DNA of 63,390 nucleotides, filler included, from Acidimicrobiia bacterium (lineage in GTDB: Bacteria; Actinomycetota; Acidimicrobiia; Spongiisociales; JAHEDJ01), in assembly GCA_029210695.1 (NCBI GenBank). It is 18 parts of 18 records of this genome, joined end to end, with 100 filler letters (N's around TTAATTAATTAA, not from the genome) between each part and the next. Parts side by side here need not be neighbours in the genome. Positions count along the whole stretch, not along the records: positions 39,131 to 42,390 come from JARGFH010000128.1; positions 42,491 to 45,695 come from JARGFH010000129.1; positions 45,796 to 48,951 come from JARGFH010000130.1; positions 49,052 to 51,905 come from JARGFH010000131.1; 14 more parts are not named here. One strand, written 5' to 3'. The position numbers and the translations under genes were made by a program. Under the pieces are notes generated by a model. The model was given only the letters and a program-made list of their open reading frames with translations. It made no database searches and was not told the DNA's origin. The first letter of the stretch is position 1; each line of letters begins with the position of its first letter. Below, one piece after another: positions 39,498 through 51,496 of this stretch.

Positions 39498-40055
39498 ATG
39501 ACACACGTTGTACGGCGCCAAATGCTGTGGCTGATTCCGATCCTGGCAGTCCTTGCCACCTTTGCCTTGACGGGTGCAGTGTCAGGACACGAAGGATCGG
39601 CTCACAGCCGTCCCGTGGATACCGGGGATACGCACCCCTGTTTCCAGTTGCTCGAGGAAGGCCCACGAACCGGTTGGGCTGATGCAGGTCTGGAGAGCGA
39701 CGCCATACCGGCGGCGTTTTTCGAGCGATATCAGGCAGGATCGCTCCGTTGCCAGGCCGACCACATGACGGGGACCGTACTTTCGGTCTACGTTCCCTTC
39801 TACACATCCGATCACAGCTTCGTTGCAGCCTGGCTTGTGAAGGGATCTGCTGACGACACTGGTACGGAAGGCTGGAAGGCGTACCTTCGCACAACACTGG
39901 CTGATGAGGACCCCAAGCTCACAACCGTCGGAAACGCGGTTGTAGCTATCGCCGGAACGCCAGAGGGCACCGAGGCTGAACGCCTCATCAACAACCCCAG
40001 CGAACCAGCGACTTCTCTCATGGATGAGATCGTAGGACTCCTCGGACACGAGTAG
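39498..40055 (+). CDS. Secreted/membrane hypothetical protein
   Basis: AAGGA RBS, N-terminal hydrophobic segment. Confidence 0.6.
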   Translation: MTHVVRRQMLWLIPILAVLATFALTGAVSGHEGSAHSRPVDTGDTHPCFQLLEEGPRTGWADAGLESDAIPAAFFERYQAGSLRCQADHMTGTVLSVYVPFYTSDHSFVAAWLVKGSADDTGTEGWKAYLRTTLADEDPKLTTVGNAVVAIAGTPEGTEAERLINNPSEPATSLMDEIVGLLGHE

Positions 40056-40214
40056 CGGACACGACTAGCGAATACAGCCAAGCACCCCGAGTCTCGTATG
40101 TTTGTCAAGGGGGGTTTGGGTTTTGGGGTGGTGGGCGCGTTGAGGTGGCCGGGCATCATCCGGCCGGTTTGGTTCCGGAGTGGCATTGGCGGACACGACA
40201 GGGAAGAGTCACCC

Positions 40215-40560
40215 GCCGGTGGTGGGTGAACTCGTCAAGAAATCCGCACCACGAGTTCACCTCGACAAGCAGATCCACCAGATCGACTGTTGGCAGCAAG
40301 GAAGTCACTGCGGTTCGGACCTCATCAAGGTTCTGATCATTGTCTTGAGCTGGCAGCGGCGTGACGACCAGCCGTTCGTTCTCAATGCGCACGTTCGTGC
40401 CTTCATCAAGTGCCGCGTCGAGGCTGACGAGGTGCCGGGTGATTTGGTGGGCGAGCCGGCCGACGGCGTCGGCTGGGTTCAGACTCACGCCGGTCTCAGC
40501 GGTGTGGTGCTGGCGAAGCCGGTGCCACACCAGGTCGTCAATTGATGTTGAGGAAAGGTG
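40215..40560 (-). pseudogene. Tn3-family transposase internal fragment
   Basis: L.VTPL.A, LLP.VDL.DLL.EV.SW.GF...FTH. Confidence 0.75.
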
Positions 40561-40571
40561 TTGCCACTTCA

Positions 40572-41132
40572 TCATGACTCCCAGACTCGGGCGTTGTCGA
40601 TGTCGATCTCCCTGTAGGACCCATCAGCCTTGACACTGCTGTAAATGTGGATCTGGATGTCGTAAGCGTCATATCCAGTCGGCAGGTCCATATCCGGGAA
40701 ATCGCGATTCACCCAGGATGTCGTGGGGGTGTAGGTGCCCCACGAAGAGTAGTGCCACTGCCCTTCCTGAGCGGTGACAGTGTTCTGGTACCGCCCATTC
40801 GGATAGAAACAGCCGGCGACCGGGTTAGCGTAGTCTCTGCCTCTCACTCTCATTCTGACGCTCGCGTATCCGGTAGTGGTTCCCGCTGTGTACTTCCGAA
40901 GACTCATCCGGGGAGTGAGATCGACCCCTGGTTCTGTGTTGAGCGTCACCGTCTGATAGACGAATGATGTCGACGAGAGCGGCTTCCAGCCGAGAGATCG
41001 ATACCCGTAATGGGCGGTATCTGTTCGGATCAGCTTGCTGTGTGAGCCGGAGAAACCCCAATACGTGTAGTCGCGTTCGAAACCAATGTTGGAGTGAGTG
41101 CCAGCCGCGGCTGAGAAGACCTCGAAGGTCAA
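40572..41132 (-). pseudogene. C-terminal part of an extracellular beta-rich protein, cut by IS256
   Basis: GFE...IDNARV pattern; IS256 end directly upstream. Confidence 0.5.
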
Positions 41133-41136
41133 GTCC

Positions 41137-42315
41137 TGAGCTGTCTGTAAACGTGGTGGTGTGAGCTCATGCGGCGATGGTCTTTTCGGTCGGTGTTTTG
41201 TCCTCTGTGCTGGTTGGTGGCGGGTCGATTCCGAGTTCTTGGCGGAGTAGGCGGAGTTGGTGGCGTTCGAGGTCGCTGACCGCGATCCTGGACCAGCGGT
41301 CGGCGGTGCGGATCAGGGTGGCGAACACGAGCTTCATGGCGGACTTCTCGTCCAACAGTCTCGGGATAACTTTGGTTCGGCGACGTTCCTCGACGAAGGA
41401 CCGTTCCACAAGATTCGTGGTGCGAACGTTGACGCGATGACGCACCGGTATCCGATGGATCGCCAGAAGCGCCTCAAGATCCTCCTCGAGGCATCTGATT
41501 GCGGCGGGGAACTCTCTGCGATACCGGTTGATGACCCGATCCGCCTGGACCCTCGCCGCATCCAACGTGGGGGCGTCCCTGATCGCACGGATCTCGGCCA
41601 TCACCTCAGGTGCGGTGTCGTCGGCGAGCTTGGCCCGGATGTTGGCGAGGCGATGGAACCAGCAACGGACCCGCACCGACTTGTCGAACACTGATTCGAT
41701 GGCGTTGATCAACCCTGGTGCACCGTCAGAGGTGACCGAGGTCGGCACCCTGAGGCCCCGTGCGACCATGTGGCGGAAGAACTCGACCCAACACTCCTCG
41801 GATTCCTTGTTCCCCACCGCCAGATGGAGCAGATGTTTGCGGCCGTCGCCGTCGACGCCCCACCCCACCAGGACAGCTTCTTTGGCACCGTGGCGGCGCA
41901 GCGATTCGTAGATACCATCGACGAACAGATACTCGACCGAAATGTCGGACAGATCCCGAGAGGTGAACGTCTCGTATTGTTCCCACAACCCATCGGTGAT
42001 CTCCGACACTGCGGTGCGTGAGATCACCAACTCGCCGGTGACGTCCCGGAAGGCGTCCTCGACGTCACGGGTCGACATACCCCGTGCATACATCTCCATC
42101 ACCAGACGATCCAGGACATCCGAGTTGCCCTCCAAGAACCCCATCAACGTCGAGCGGAACGGCTCCGCAGCGTCACGGACCTGGGGCACCCGGATCGGGA
42201 TCTTCCCCTCCGCAGTCGTAATCGAACGCGCAACGTATCCGTTACGAGACCCCCGCTGACCCGCATCCGGGTCCCGACGCACGTAACGGCCACGGTCACC
42301 CACAAAATCGGTCTG
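41137..42315 (-). mobile_element. IS256-family transposase (stop 41167) with right end; 5' cut by IS3
   Basis: RNGY, MY.RGMSTRD, LFVDG, SDGAPGL, CWFH, TTNLVER. Confidence 0.92.
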
Positions 42316-42490
42316 TGTATCGCCCTGGGATTCTTGGAGACTCTTTACCTTGGAAGCGAGGATGGAGTTATGTCAAAGAAACTGCAGGCGNNNNNNNNNN
42401 NNNNNNNNNNNNNNNNNNNNNNNNNNNNNNNNNNTTAATTAATTAANNNNNNNNNNNNNNNNNNNNNNNNNNNNNNNNNNNNNNNNNNNN

Positions 42491-42562
42491 CCGGCAGTGC
42501 TCACCGGCCAGCAGGCTCAGCCACAAGACTCCCACAACCGCAGAAGCCCCGTAGACCCCCAT
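42491..42562 (-). mobile_element. Probable left end of an IS110-like element inserted in IS1380
   Basis: Junction at GGCTAGG inside the IS1380 transposase; complements the end at 45626-45695. Confidence 0.5.
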
Positions 42563-43720
42563 TAGGCCCCGGCCTCGACGCCGATCTGACGATCGATGTC
42601 GACTCCACGATCTGTCAGACCTACGGGACGAAGAAGCAGGGCGCCACGTTCGGCTACACGAAGGTGCGTGGCTATCACCCGCTGCTGGCGACCCTGGCCT
42701 CAACCGGCGAAGTGCTGCACGCCCGGATGCGTGGCGGCAACGCCGGCTCGGCACGTGGGGCGGGCACGTTTGTGCGCGAGACGATCAGCCGGGTGCGGCA
42801 GGCGGGGGCGACCGGAGCCCTGGGGGTGCGGGCCGACTCGGCGTTCTACTCACGGGGGTTCGTCACTGCATGTCGGGACCACGGGGCCCGGTTCTCGGTC
42901 ACCGTCAAGATGCTCAAACCCATCCGAGAAGCGATCGACGCCATCGGTGAGGAGGATTGGAGAGAGATCCCCTACTGGCTCGAAGGCGGCGCGGAGGTGG
43001 CCGAGACCTCCTACACCGCGTTCAAGGACACCAAGGACCGGGTCACCTTGCGGCTGATCGTGCGTCGGGTGCGTCCCACTCCCGGCTCGCAACTCGCCCT
43101 GGACGTAGTGTTCGACTATCACCCGGTCCTGACCGACCGTGACGGGCACATGCTGGTCATCGAAGCCGACCATCGCCGCCACGCAGTCGTCGAGCTCGCT
43201 ATCCGCGACGTCAAAGCCGGCGGGCTCGCGCACCTGCCCTCGGGGAAGTTCAACGCCAACGCTGCCTGGCTTGCCCTCGCCGTGGTGGCGCACAACCTCG
43301 CCCGCTGGACCCTCGCCGCCTCCGGCGGCGACTGGTCGGAGGCGACCACCGAGACCTTCCGCACCAAGGTCGTCTCCATGCCCGCCCGGCTGGTCCACTC
43401 CGCCCGCACACTCAAACTTCGAGCACCGACGAACTGGCCCTGGCGCCAGGCGTTCGAGACCGCGCTCACAACCATCCGGACGATCCCCATCCCCGCACCG
43501 ACCTGATCCCGGCCCACGCCCGGGGTCCCCACCCGTCCAAGAACCCACATCGCACAAACCCCGAACCCTCGGGAAGCGTCAGCCTGCCCTCGTCGGGGTC
43601 AAAAACCGCCGCCGAAGACCATTCAGACTCCTACGTGCCGCTCCAACCCGACACAACTCCACATCATCAGCCGCCACGACCTCACCAGCCGCGACTCGAT
43701 ACCCGAACGGTGGATTGAGG
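42563..43720 (+). mobile_element. IS1380-family transposase C-terminal part (stop 43506) and right IR
   Basis: IDVDST, GYHPL, RADSAFY, E..IRD.K, LPSG.F.AN.AW; end GGTGGATTGAGG. Confidence 0.9.
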
Positions 43721-43806
43721 CTATATGGGCCCGCCTCAATGGAGACGGGCCCATATGTGGTCTTCAAGCACCGAACCGCCGACCTGACGATCGACGGAAG
43801 TCGCCT

Positions 43807-44499
43807 CTATCCGGCTGCGTTCGAGAGATTGTCGACTTCGATTGCCGTGATCTTCGAGTCGTAGACCGTGAACGTTGAGTTGAAGCTCGGATCGTCACAT
43901 GTCAATACAGCCGTACCCGCGCTTGCGAAGGTGTGAACGACCATGAGACTCATCGCTCCATCGTTGGAAACGCTGGCGCTCGGGGTGTAAGGAACGACAG
44001 TTTGCGACTCGTCGTAATCCGCCCCTGCCTGGATCCTGCAATGGATGGGAATATCCACGCCGCTCGGGTCCCTAAACCATGCCTTCGCGAAGATCACATA
44101 GGAACCCGCCGCCAGATCCAGATCGAGGACAGTGCCCGAGCCGCTCAGGTCGACACCCAGATCATGATGAGTCGAGAAAGCAGAGGTTTCGAGTTCGGCC
44201 GCATCCTTGCCGTCGACCTTGTCGGCGTTCACACTCGGCGGAGTCGCCGGATCGTTACCGGACAACCGGTACATGAACGTCGCCATCTGCTCACGCAACA
44301 CCGGATCTTTCGGACAATAGGTAGTCCCATCACCACAACCGAGCGTCACACCCGAGCTCTTCATGAACTCGATACCCTTGAAATGGGTGCTCCCGTCGGT
44401 CACGTCGCTGAACAGCGTGCCGGCCAGCGCCGCCGCCGGAATCAGCAGAAACGCCACCAACGCCAACAAGAACACACGTCGTCTACTCATGACGACCAT
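43807..44499 (-). CDS. Secreted S-layer-homology domain protein
   Basis: Signal peptide; FSDV, GVT.GC...YCP...V.R.QMA.F..R. Confidence 0.85.
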   Translation of the reverse strand: MVVMSRRRVFLLALVAFLLIPAAALAGTLFSDVTDGSTHFKGIEFMKSSGVTLGCGDGTTYCPKDPVLREQMATFMYRLSGNDPATPPSVNADKVDGKDAAELETSAFSTHHDLGVDLSGSGTVLDLDLAAGSYVIFAKAWFRDPSGVDIPIHCRIQAGADYDESQTVVPYTPSASVSNDGAMSLMVVHTFASAGTAVLTCDDPSFNSTFTVYDSKITAIEVDNLSNAAG

Positions 44500-45114
44500 A
44501 CAACCCTCCTTGCAATCAGAGCCCTGCGCGGTGCAGTGACTCAAGTCGAACCTAGCAAACGGACCATATGGGTTGCAGACTTCGGGGGACGACCACCGCT
44601 TCGGGCGAGCCGCCTCCGTCGCAAACGCTCAACCACCGGGCGCATGCCGTGTCCGCCGCTTCACCGATACAAGCTTCCATTGGGGGGTGAGAACCGAACC
44701 TCACCCCCCGGTGCCTGCACGTTCTACAGCCCGCTGGACTCGTCGGATGGCGCCGTGAGGGAACCCGCAAGTGGGGCACCAGGCGTGAAGACGAGTATTG
44801 AGAACAGACCGTCGGAAGAGACACCAGACGGCGAGTGACAGCTAACGTCGATCTCGGTAGTGCTACCGCTGTTGAAGCTCCACGCGCATGATCCGCCAGC
44901 CGTCGACAGGCGGGTCACACTACTGCAGCTTGCGCAGTGCCGGCTGCAGCACCGACAACGAGCAACCCGACAAGCGTCAAGGCCACAATTACACGCCGAG
45001 ACATCCTCACCTCAATCCTGCTGCCAGAGGCGAGGATACTCAGCTTCTCAAGTTGCGCCCCAGGGATTGAAGGCAGCCGAAACAGCTGCAGCTATGCCCG
45101 GCCGAATATCTATA

Positions 45115-45625
45115 CCTGGATCCACCGCCCGGTTTGGTGTCCGGTGGGTGGGATTGATGAGGAAAATGCCCTCTGACCTGGGATAATGCGGCTTGGAAAC
45201 AGTCACAAAACCCAGATCAGAAGGGCATTTATCAGATGCGTTCATCATACGACCTTTCGCGCCTGGAAACCATCTTTGATGAGGACAACCTGGTCGCCAA
45301 TGCGGGGCTGATGGCCCCGGCCGCACTCGCGCAGAAGCTCGGCCTGGCCGAGAGCATCGACGAGCGGGTGACACTGCCGCAGGGCGCGGCGGGTCGGGCC
45401 AACTGCGGCACCAAAGCACTCACGGTGATCGGCGCGATGCTGACCGGTGGGGACTCGATCGACGACGTGGACGTGCTGCGCGCGGGTGCCGGCGGAGAGG
45501 TGTTCGATGCGATCCGCGCCCCGTCGACGATCGGGACGTGGCTGCGCAGCTTCAACTGGGCGAGCGTCCGTCAGCTCGACGCGGTCTCACGCACCGTGCT
45601 GGGCCGGGCGTGGCAGGCGGGGCTA
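45115..45625 (+). mobile_element. IS1380 left IR and transposase N-terminus (ATG 45236); other left ends at 45796-45872 and 49052-49123
   Basis: CCTGGATCCACCG IR; FDEDNLVANAGL, GGDSIDD, APSTIG..LRSF. Confidence 0.9.
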
Positions 45626-45695
45626 GACACCCCAGGGTTGTATCTTGTCAAGCGGCGGCTTTGTCTCGTGTTGTCTGGCGGTGGGCCCAGGCGGT
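45626..45695 (-). mobile_element. IS110-like right end (copy at 51835-51905)
   Basis: CTTGACAAGATACAACCCTGGGGTGTCTAG; both copies sit at GGCTAG; no IR partner seen. Confidence 0.6.
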
Positions 45696-45872
45696 NNNNN
45701 NNNNNNNNNNNNNNNNNNNNNNNNNNNNNNNNNNNNNNNTTAATTAATTAANNNNNNNNNNNNNNNNNNNNNNNNNNNNNNNNNNNNNNNNNNNNCCGCA
45801 TTATCCCAGGTCAGAGGGCATTTTCCTCATCAATCCCACCCACCGGACACCAAACCGGGCGGTGGATCCAGG

Positions 45873-46642
45873 CTAAGGAACAACCCGAGCACCCTGCCCA
45901 CTGCAAGGGCCACCGGATCGGAGATGGGAAGGATTCGTCTTCGAAGCCCCATCGCACGAGCCATTTCCTCAATCATCTCCCGATAAGTGAACGTGTCAGG
46001 GCCTACCGCATTGATGGTTTCGTTGCTGTCGCGGTTGGCTGCGTCGGCACAGATTCGTGCGAGGTCTTCCACGTGGACGGGTGTGAGACGGGCCTCTCCT
46101 CGACCGAATACTCCGAAGACAGGCAGGTAGCGGAGCAGCCAGGCAATGTTGTTGATCAGCACGTTCTCGGGTCGGCCGTAGATCACAGTTGGTCGAACGA
46201 TTGCATGTGACAGGCCCGATGCCTGCAGTTCTTGCTCGAGGAGCGCTTTGCCCCGGAAATACCCCCAGTCGGAATCGCCGCTGGCATTGGCCACACTCAG
46301 GTGAACGACCCGTCGCACTCCCGCCATTCGGGCGCAGTCGAACAGGACGCGGCTGTTCTCCACAGCTTTGGTGTATCCGAAGTCGGTGGATCCCTTCGTG
46401 TGGTCATACCGAACCCAGTACGTGTTGTGGAGCGCGTAGGCACCATCCAGCGACTCGACGAGCGCAGCCGGGTCATCGAAGTCGATCGGATGCACCTCAA
46501 CGGTGTCACCGAAGGGATTCCCCCGATCCAACGAATTCGTCAGTGTCCGAACCCGCGCACCCCTCGCCAACAGCTCCCTGGCGACATACCTACCCGTGTA
46601 CCCGAACGCACCGGTCACCACATGAAGAGGAGCCTCGGTCAC
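45873..46642 (-). pseudogene. NAD-dependent epimerase (NDUFA9-like SDR), 3' cut by IS1380
   Basis: VTGAFGYTG, YFRGK, RPTVIYG, PVHVEDLA. Confidence 0.85.
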
Positions 46643-46769
46643 CTTCTCACTCCCAACACCAGACAACCCACCCGCACAGAGTAGGCGAGCCCAACCACCC
46701 ACATCCTCCAGTTCCGATGCAAGAACGAGCCCCTCGCCGCGGCTCCGCAACGTCGCCAACCAGCGGCTC

Positions 46770-47025
46770 TACCGTCTCGAACCCATCCCCGACGCACCCA
46801 CCGTTTCAACGTTGCTCCGGCACCGCATCAACACCGAGCTCATCGCCCGGCACTGGGACGAGATGATCCGTATTGCCGCGTCGCTCAAAACCGGTGATGC
46901 CACCGCCAGCTTGTTGGTGAGCCGTCTCCAAGCCGGAGCCCGCCGCAACCAGCTCACCCGCGCCATCCAGGAACTCGGCCGAGCCGCCAAGACCCGGTTC
47001 TTGCTCACCTACCTCGAGGACAAGT
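46770..47025 (+). pseudogene. Tn3-family transposase internal fragment
   Basis: IN..LI..HWD...RI..SLK.G..AS, A..ELGR..KT.F.L.Y. Confidence 0.85.
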
Positions 47026-47119
47026 CCTACTCACCTGCGTCTGACTTCGTGATAGAGATCCGCCGATTCCTAACCCATCGATGGGAGGCTTTGGGCCTGA
47101 CCCTGAGGAGGGTACGAAG

Positions 47120-47452
47120 ATGAGTAATCAGGCGGTTCCTGGTCGTCGTAAGCGACGGCTGTTGACACCGGAGGAGAAGTGGGAGGCGTTCTTGGAGGTG
47201 ACCTCACGAGAGCTGACCCAGACCGACACCGCTCGCAAGTGGGGGGTGGACACGTCGGTGGTGATCAAGCTGCGTCGCGATGCCAAGGACGCGGCGTTGG
47301 CGGCGTTCGCTTCGTCCAAACCGGGTGGGTCTCGGGATCCCCGTGACGTCGAGATCGAGATGCTGAAAGCTGAGATCGCCCGGTTGACCGAGGCGATCAA
47401 GGAACAGGCGATCGAGTTGGCGTTGATCAGAGGAAAATCGCGTTGGGCCTGA
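47120..47452 (+). mobile_element. IS3-like OrfA (HTH) remnant
   Basis: LTPEEKW..F, ARKWGVD.S, coiled coil, RGKS end; no OrfB follows. Confidence 0.7.
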
Positions 47453-47489
47453 ACCTCGCCCGGGTCCCGCTCCGCTGTTCGAGGGTTTG

Positions 47490-48317
47490 CTATCCGCCTA
47501 GGGCTATGAAGTTGAGGATGGCCGATCTGGTGATTCCGAATCGTTCATGTCCAACACCGAGGCCAGCCATTTCGATGATCTGATCCTCGTCGCAACCATA
47601 GGTGTCGATCACACTGAACCCTGATTCGGTTCCGTTCACATCCACGAACATGCCTTCGTCATCCGCAGCGAAACGGTTCTTCTTCAGTTGGTCTGGCGGA
47701 TCGTTGAGGCTTGTCGCCGGGCACCAATCGTCAGTGTCGAGAACACCGTCTCCATCAGTGTCGGGATCAACCGCAACATTGATGAAGGCACCCGAATCGA
47801 AATAACCGCCGCCAGTCCACACACCTGGCGGGGTCGTCCACCAGAAGAACTCTTCGAGAACGCAGGATGGGGTGCCATTGAAGAGTTGAGCGTTGATCGG
47901 GCGAGTACCCGGGGACCCGTAACCGGATTCATCCGGGGCGTATACGAACCCAGCCCAGTCCCAACCCCCGTACCTGTCGTCACTGTCCTCAACGACGGTG
48001 AGCGGCCCAGCTACCAGCACATTGTAATCGGTAGCAAAGTTTGTATTGGTGCTGGGCACAACCAGCATGCACTCCACATCCACCTGCAATGTGGCTGACC
48101 AGGGATAGCTCGGTTGATATGGATGCTCGTAAACGACGGTACCGACCGCCCCTGTTTCGTTGCCCGTGACATCGCCGGTGATGTAGAACGTCCCGCCACC
48201 ACCTGTGTGTGACACCAAACCGAACTCGACTTCATAGATCGACGATGAAGCCCCCACCGGGACGATGCTGAGCAACACCATTCCGAACAATGCAAAGAAA
48301 AGCGCAGTCCTACGCAT
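47490..48317 (-). CDS. Secreted protein with Ca-binding DTDGDG motif
   Basis: GGAGG RBS, signal peptide, DTDGDGVLDTDDWCP. Confidence 0.75.
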   Translation of the reverse strand: MRRTALFFALFGMVLLSIVPVGASSSIYEVEFGLVSHTGGGGTFYITGDVTGNETGAVGTVVYEHPYQPSYPWSATLQVDVECMLVVPSTNTNFATDYNVLVAGPLTVVEDSDDRYGGWDWAGFVYAPDESGYGSPGTRPINAQLFNGTPSCVLEEFFWWTTPPGVWTGGGYFDSGAFINVAVDPDTDGDGVLDTDDWCPATSLNDPPDQLKKNRFAADDEGMFVDVNGTESGFSVIDTYGCDEDQIIEMAGLGVGHERFGITRSAILNFIALGG

Positions 48318-48619
48318 GATTCAACCTCCCAGTATTCTGCCCCTCATCTGAGGGTGAACCATGGATCGGGGATGGGGTAGAGGACAAAGTCACTAATCGC
48401 ACACGCCCAACCTCACGTCACCCGCACCAAGAACATCACCAATGCGGCTGCCGTGAGAAACCCCACCTCAACCACCGACCAACCCGCTGCCCAGGCTGAG
48501 CAGCCGACCCGGCGGGCGCTGCAACCCCTTCCCCGCCCACCACCCTCCGGCTTGCTCCGCCTCTCTGGGGACTGTCTCATTTCTTGTGTAAATGGCGTGG
48601 CGGGTTGTCATTTCACGTG

Positions 48620-48877
48620 TTGGCGGAAGCTGTCAACCTTTTTGAGACGGCTGGTCCATGGTTTCATTGGGTGGGGGTGTCCTCCTCTGGTTTGTTGATC
48701 CATGCTGTTTCGGGGAGCGGTGGCGGTGTTGGTGGCTTGCGGACGAACCGTTCGGGATGTGTCTGGTAGGCGGCGTTGAGGGCGGCTGCTCGTTGCTGCT
48801 GGATTGCTTCGGCCCGGCCGTAGTGCACATCGGCGGGGGTGTGAAACCCGATACCGGAGTGGCGGTGTTCGTCGTTG
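48620..48877 (-). mobile_element. IS3-family integrase-core 3' fragment and end
   Basis: N.EHRHSGIG.HTPADVHYG...HPERF...P..AWINKP. Confidence 0.85.
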
Positions 48878-49123
48878 TGAACCGCCCTGGGTTTGATGGA
48901 GACTCGGTTGTTTGGTTTCCAAGTCATCCGGTAGTGGTCAGTTGAGCGTAGNNNNNNNNNNNNNNNNNNNNNNNNNNNNNNNNNNNNNNNNNNNNTTAAT
49001 TAATTAANNNNNNNNNNNNNNNNNNNNNNNNNNNNNNNNNNNNNNNNNNNNTTCTCCCAGGTCAGAAGGCATTTTCTATGTCAATCCCAACCGTCAGACA
49101 CCGATCAGACCGGTGGATCCAGG

Positions 49124-49535
49124 CTAAGAACCTCGAGAGGAAGTTGGCAACCGCGGTGACGTCGCCGTCGACCCGCTCGATCATCTCACCCGGGGTGGTA
49201 TCGGTGTGGTATCCCATGTCGAGGCCGAGCAGGTGTTCGGCGAGGTCCTCACGAAGGGCGTTGGTGGCGGTCCACCCCACGTCGGCCCCGAGGTAGGTGG
49301 CGCCGGCGGAGAGGAACTGGTTGGCGACCCCTGCCACTAGATAGAGGATACCGGCGCCGACCAGCCCGGCCAGCGCCGCGCCTGCGAGCGCTGAGTCGAT
49401 GAACCGGCGCAGGATCAGCGGAACGATGATCTGGAGCCCGATGGAGGCCAGCAGGGCGGCGCTGAGCATCGCCACGCGCCCGGCCTGCGGCCGGAGGTAG
49501 CGAGTCAGTGTCTGCCGATAACTGGGTGCCGTCAT
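49124..49535 (-). pseudogene. ABC transporter TMD N-terminus, cut by IS1380
   Basis: P.ILRRFID, LR.DL..H...L...YH...PGE.I.R.DGD. Confidence 0.8.
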
Positions 49536-49665
49536 GCGCTCTTCTCATATTCCGTTTTCGCGCGGGATTCCCACCGTATAGGGCGCGATCCCCGCGCGAA
49601 AACGGGAGTTCTGGTGCTGGTTGAAGACGAAAGCTACCGGATCGCGGCGGGCGGATGCGGTGCAA

Positions 49666-50520
49666 TTAGCCGGGTGGCAACCACTGGGCCAGCCAGCCTT
49701 CGGTGCGGTCCCACATCTCCTGCGCCAGATCGTTGTCGGCCGCCAGGTTGCTGATCGTCCTCTCGGATCGCTTCCCGTAGTACCGTCCGCTGACCCCTGC
49801 CAGGTGAGGCTCGCTCGCCGCCCAGATAGAGGTGTCCGCCCCCTCTTCGATTGTCTGCCCTTGCCTGGCGAACATCATTCGCAGCGGTCGCGGAAGATCC
49901 CGCCAGATCTCGCTGGCGACCAATCCAGGATGCACGATGTGCACATCGACACCGCTCCCGTCGAGGCGGTGCGCCCATTGGCGGCCGTCGAGGATGTTGG
50001 CCAGCTTGGAGACCCGGTACTCCGGGTTGCCTAGAACGGATGAGGTTCGTCGTTGGAGGCGATCCCACTTGACCTCTTTGACGTTGTGGTGCACCGATGA
50101 GGCGACGACGACCAGGCGAGCAGGGGCCGAATCGATCAGGAGGGGTTCAAGCCATCTGGTCAAGAGGTGGTGGCCGAGGTGGTTCGTGGCGAAGGCGATC
50201 TCGAAACCCTCAGCGCTGACGCCTTTTGTGCCGCCAACGCCCGCGTTGTTCACCAGGACGTCGAGCGGACGTCCGGAAGCAAGGAAGGTGCGGGCGGCAT
50301 CTCGCACCGAACCAGGAGACGCAAGGTCGACCATGAGGAAATCGGCGGTACCGCTTTCCGTCTCGATCTGGCGGATAACCGTCTCCGTCTTTCCCAACGA
50401 CCGACCGGCGAGGGTCAGAGTTGCACCGCGTGCGGCCAATTCGAGCGCCGTGGCTTTTCCGATGCCCGCGCTGGCGCCGGTAATCAATACCTGTTTGCCG
50501 CGGATGTTCCACTCGGTCAA
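49666..50520 (-). CDS. Short-chain dehydrogenase (retinol-DH-like)
   Basis: TGASAGIG, NNAG, NHLGH, YRVSK, HPG. Confidence 0.92.
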   Translation of the reverse strand: MTEWNIRGKQVLITGASAGIGKATALELAARGATLTLAGRSLGKTETVIRQIETESGTADFLMVDLASPGSVRDAARTFLASGRPLDVLVNNAGVGGTKGVSAEGFEIAFATNHLGHHLLTRWLEPLLIDSAPARLVVVASSVHHNVKEVKWDRLQRRTSSVLGNPEYRVSKLANILDGRQWAHRLDGSGVDVHIVHPGLVASEIWRDLPRPLRMMFARQGQTIEEGADTSIWAASEPHLAGVSGRYYGKRSERTISNLAADNDLAQEMWDRTEGWLAQWLPPG

Positions 50521-50530
50521 TGGAGGATCC

Positions 50531-51464
50531 TCAATCTCTGAACGTGGCTGGATCGAGACGACGACGATCGACGCTCACATCGAAAACGTCACCTCGGAAA
50601 TAGTGCTCGGACGGATCGAAGTTCTGTCTTTCGCCGCGGACGGCCGTCACGTCGATGTCCGCCACGACCAGACGCTCCTCGTCGGCGACCGGCTCGACTA
50701 CCCAGCGTCCGTCGGGTCCGGCAATCGCGGAACCGCCGTTGTAAAAGGAATCCTCAGCACCCGCAACGGCCTCATCATGAAGCGGGAACTCGTCCGGGAT
50801 GTCCCCGGGGCGGAGCAGCGCTCCCGCCGAGAGAACGAAGCACCGCCCCTCTTTGGCGATGAAGCGTGTGATGTCCTCGGTCAGCTCGGCGGAACCCGGC
50901 CAGGCGGCCACGTGGAGATCCATACCCTGGGCGTAGAGGGCGTGTCGAGCCGTTGGCAGCCAGTTTTCCCAGCAGTTGAGACCTCCCACCCGTGCTCTCC
51001 CCAGATCATGCACCTGGAGGCCGTGTCCGTCGCCGGTGCCCCACACAAGACGCTCTTCGAAGGTCGGCATCAGTTTCCGGTGTGCGGACACGATGCCGTT
51101 GGAGGGATCGATTGCGACGAGAGTGGCGTAGACGGTTCCTCCGCTGGCCGATCGCTCGGTGATACCCAGATACGTGAACACCCCCGGTCTCGGCCGCAGT
51201 GCCGGCGATAGTTTGCGGCTCGGGACCATCGAGCGTTACCGCGACTTCGAGATAGAACGCATATGCGGCCTTCTGATCCCCGGCTACCCAGCGCGCACCA
51301 TCGGTGCGTGTCACCCAGAATGGGTAGCCCGATAGGAACGTCTCCCCGAACGCGACCAGATCCACGGCGTCCTCGGCCGCTTTCTGAATCCATTCGATCA
51401 CCCGGTCGGTGGTGGCTTCCTTGTTTCCCCAGACCGGGGCTGTTTGGGCTGCAGCAATACGCAC
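50531..51464 (-). pseudogene. Nitrilase, frameshifted at the G-run near 51183
   Basis: FGETFLSGYP in one frame; HRKLMPT and LNCWEN in another. Confidence 0.85.
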
Positions 51465-51496
51465 GGAGTGGAAGTTAGTCGCTGGTCGCTCGTTGA

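Noticed and set aside
40156..40575. Intact Tn3 transposon (with 46770-47025)
   Set aside because: Only short internal tnpA fragments on separate contigs; no IRs or resolvase.
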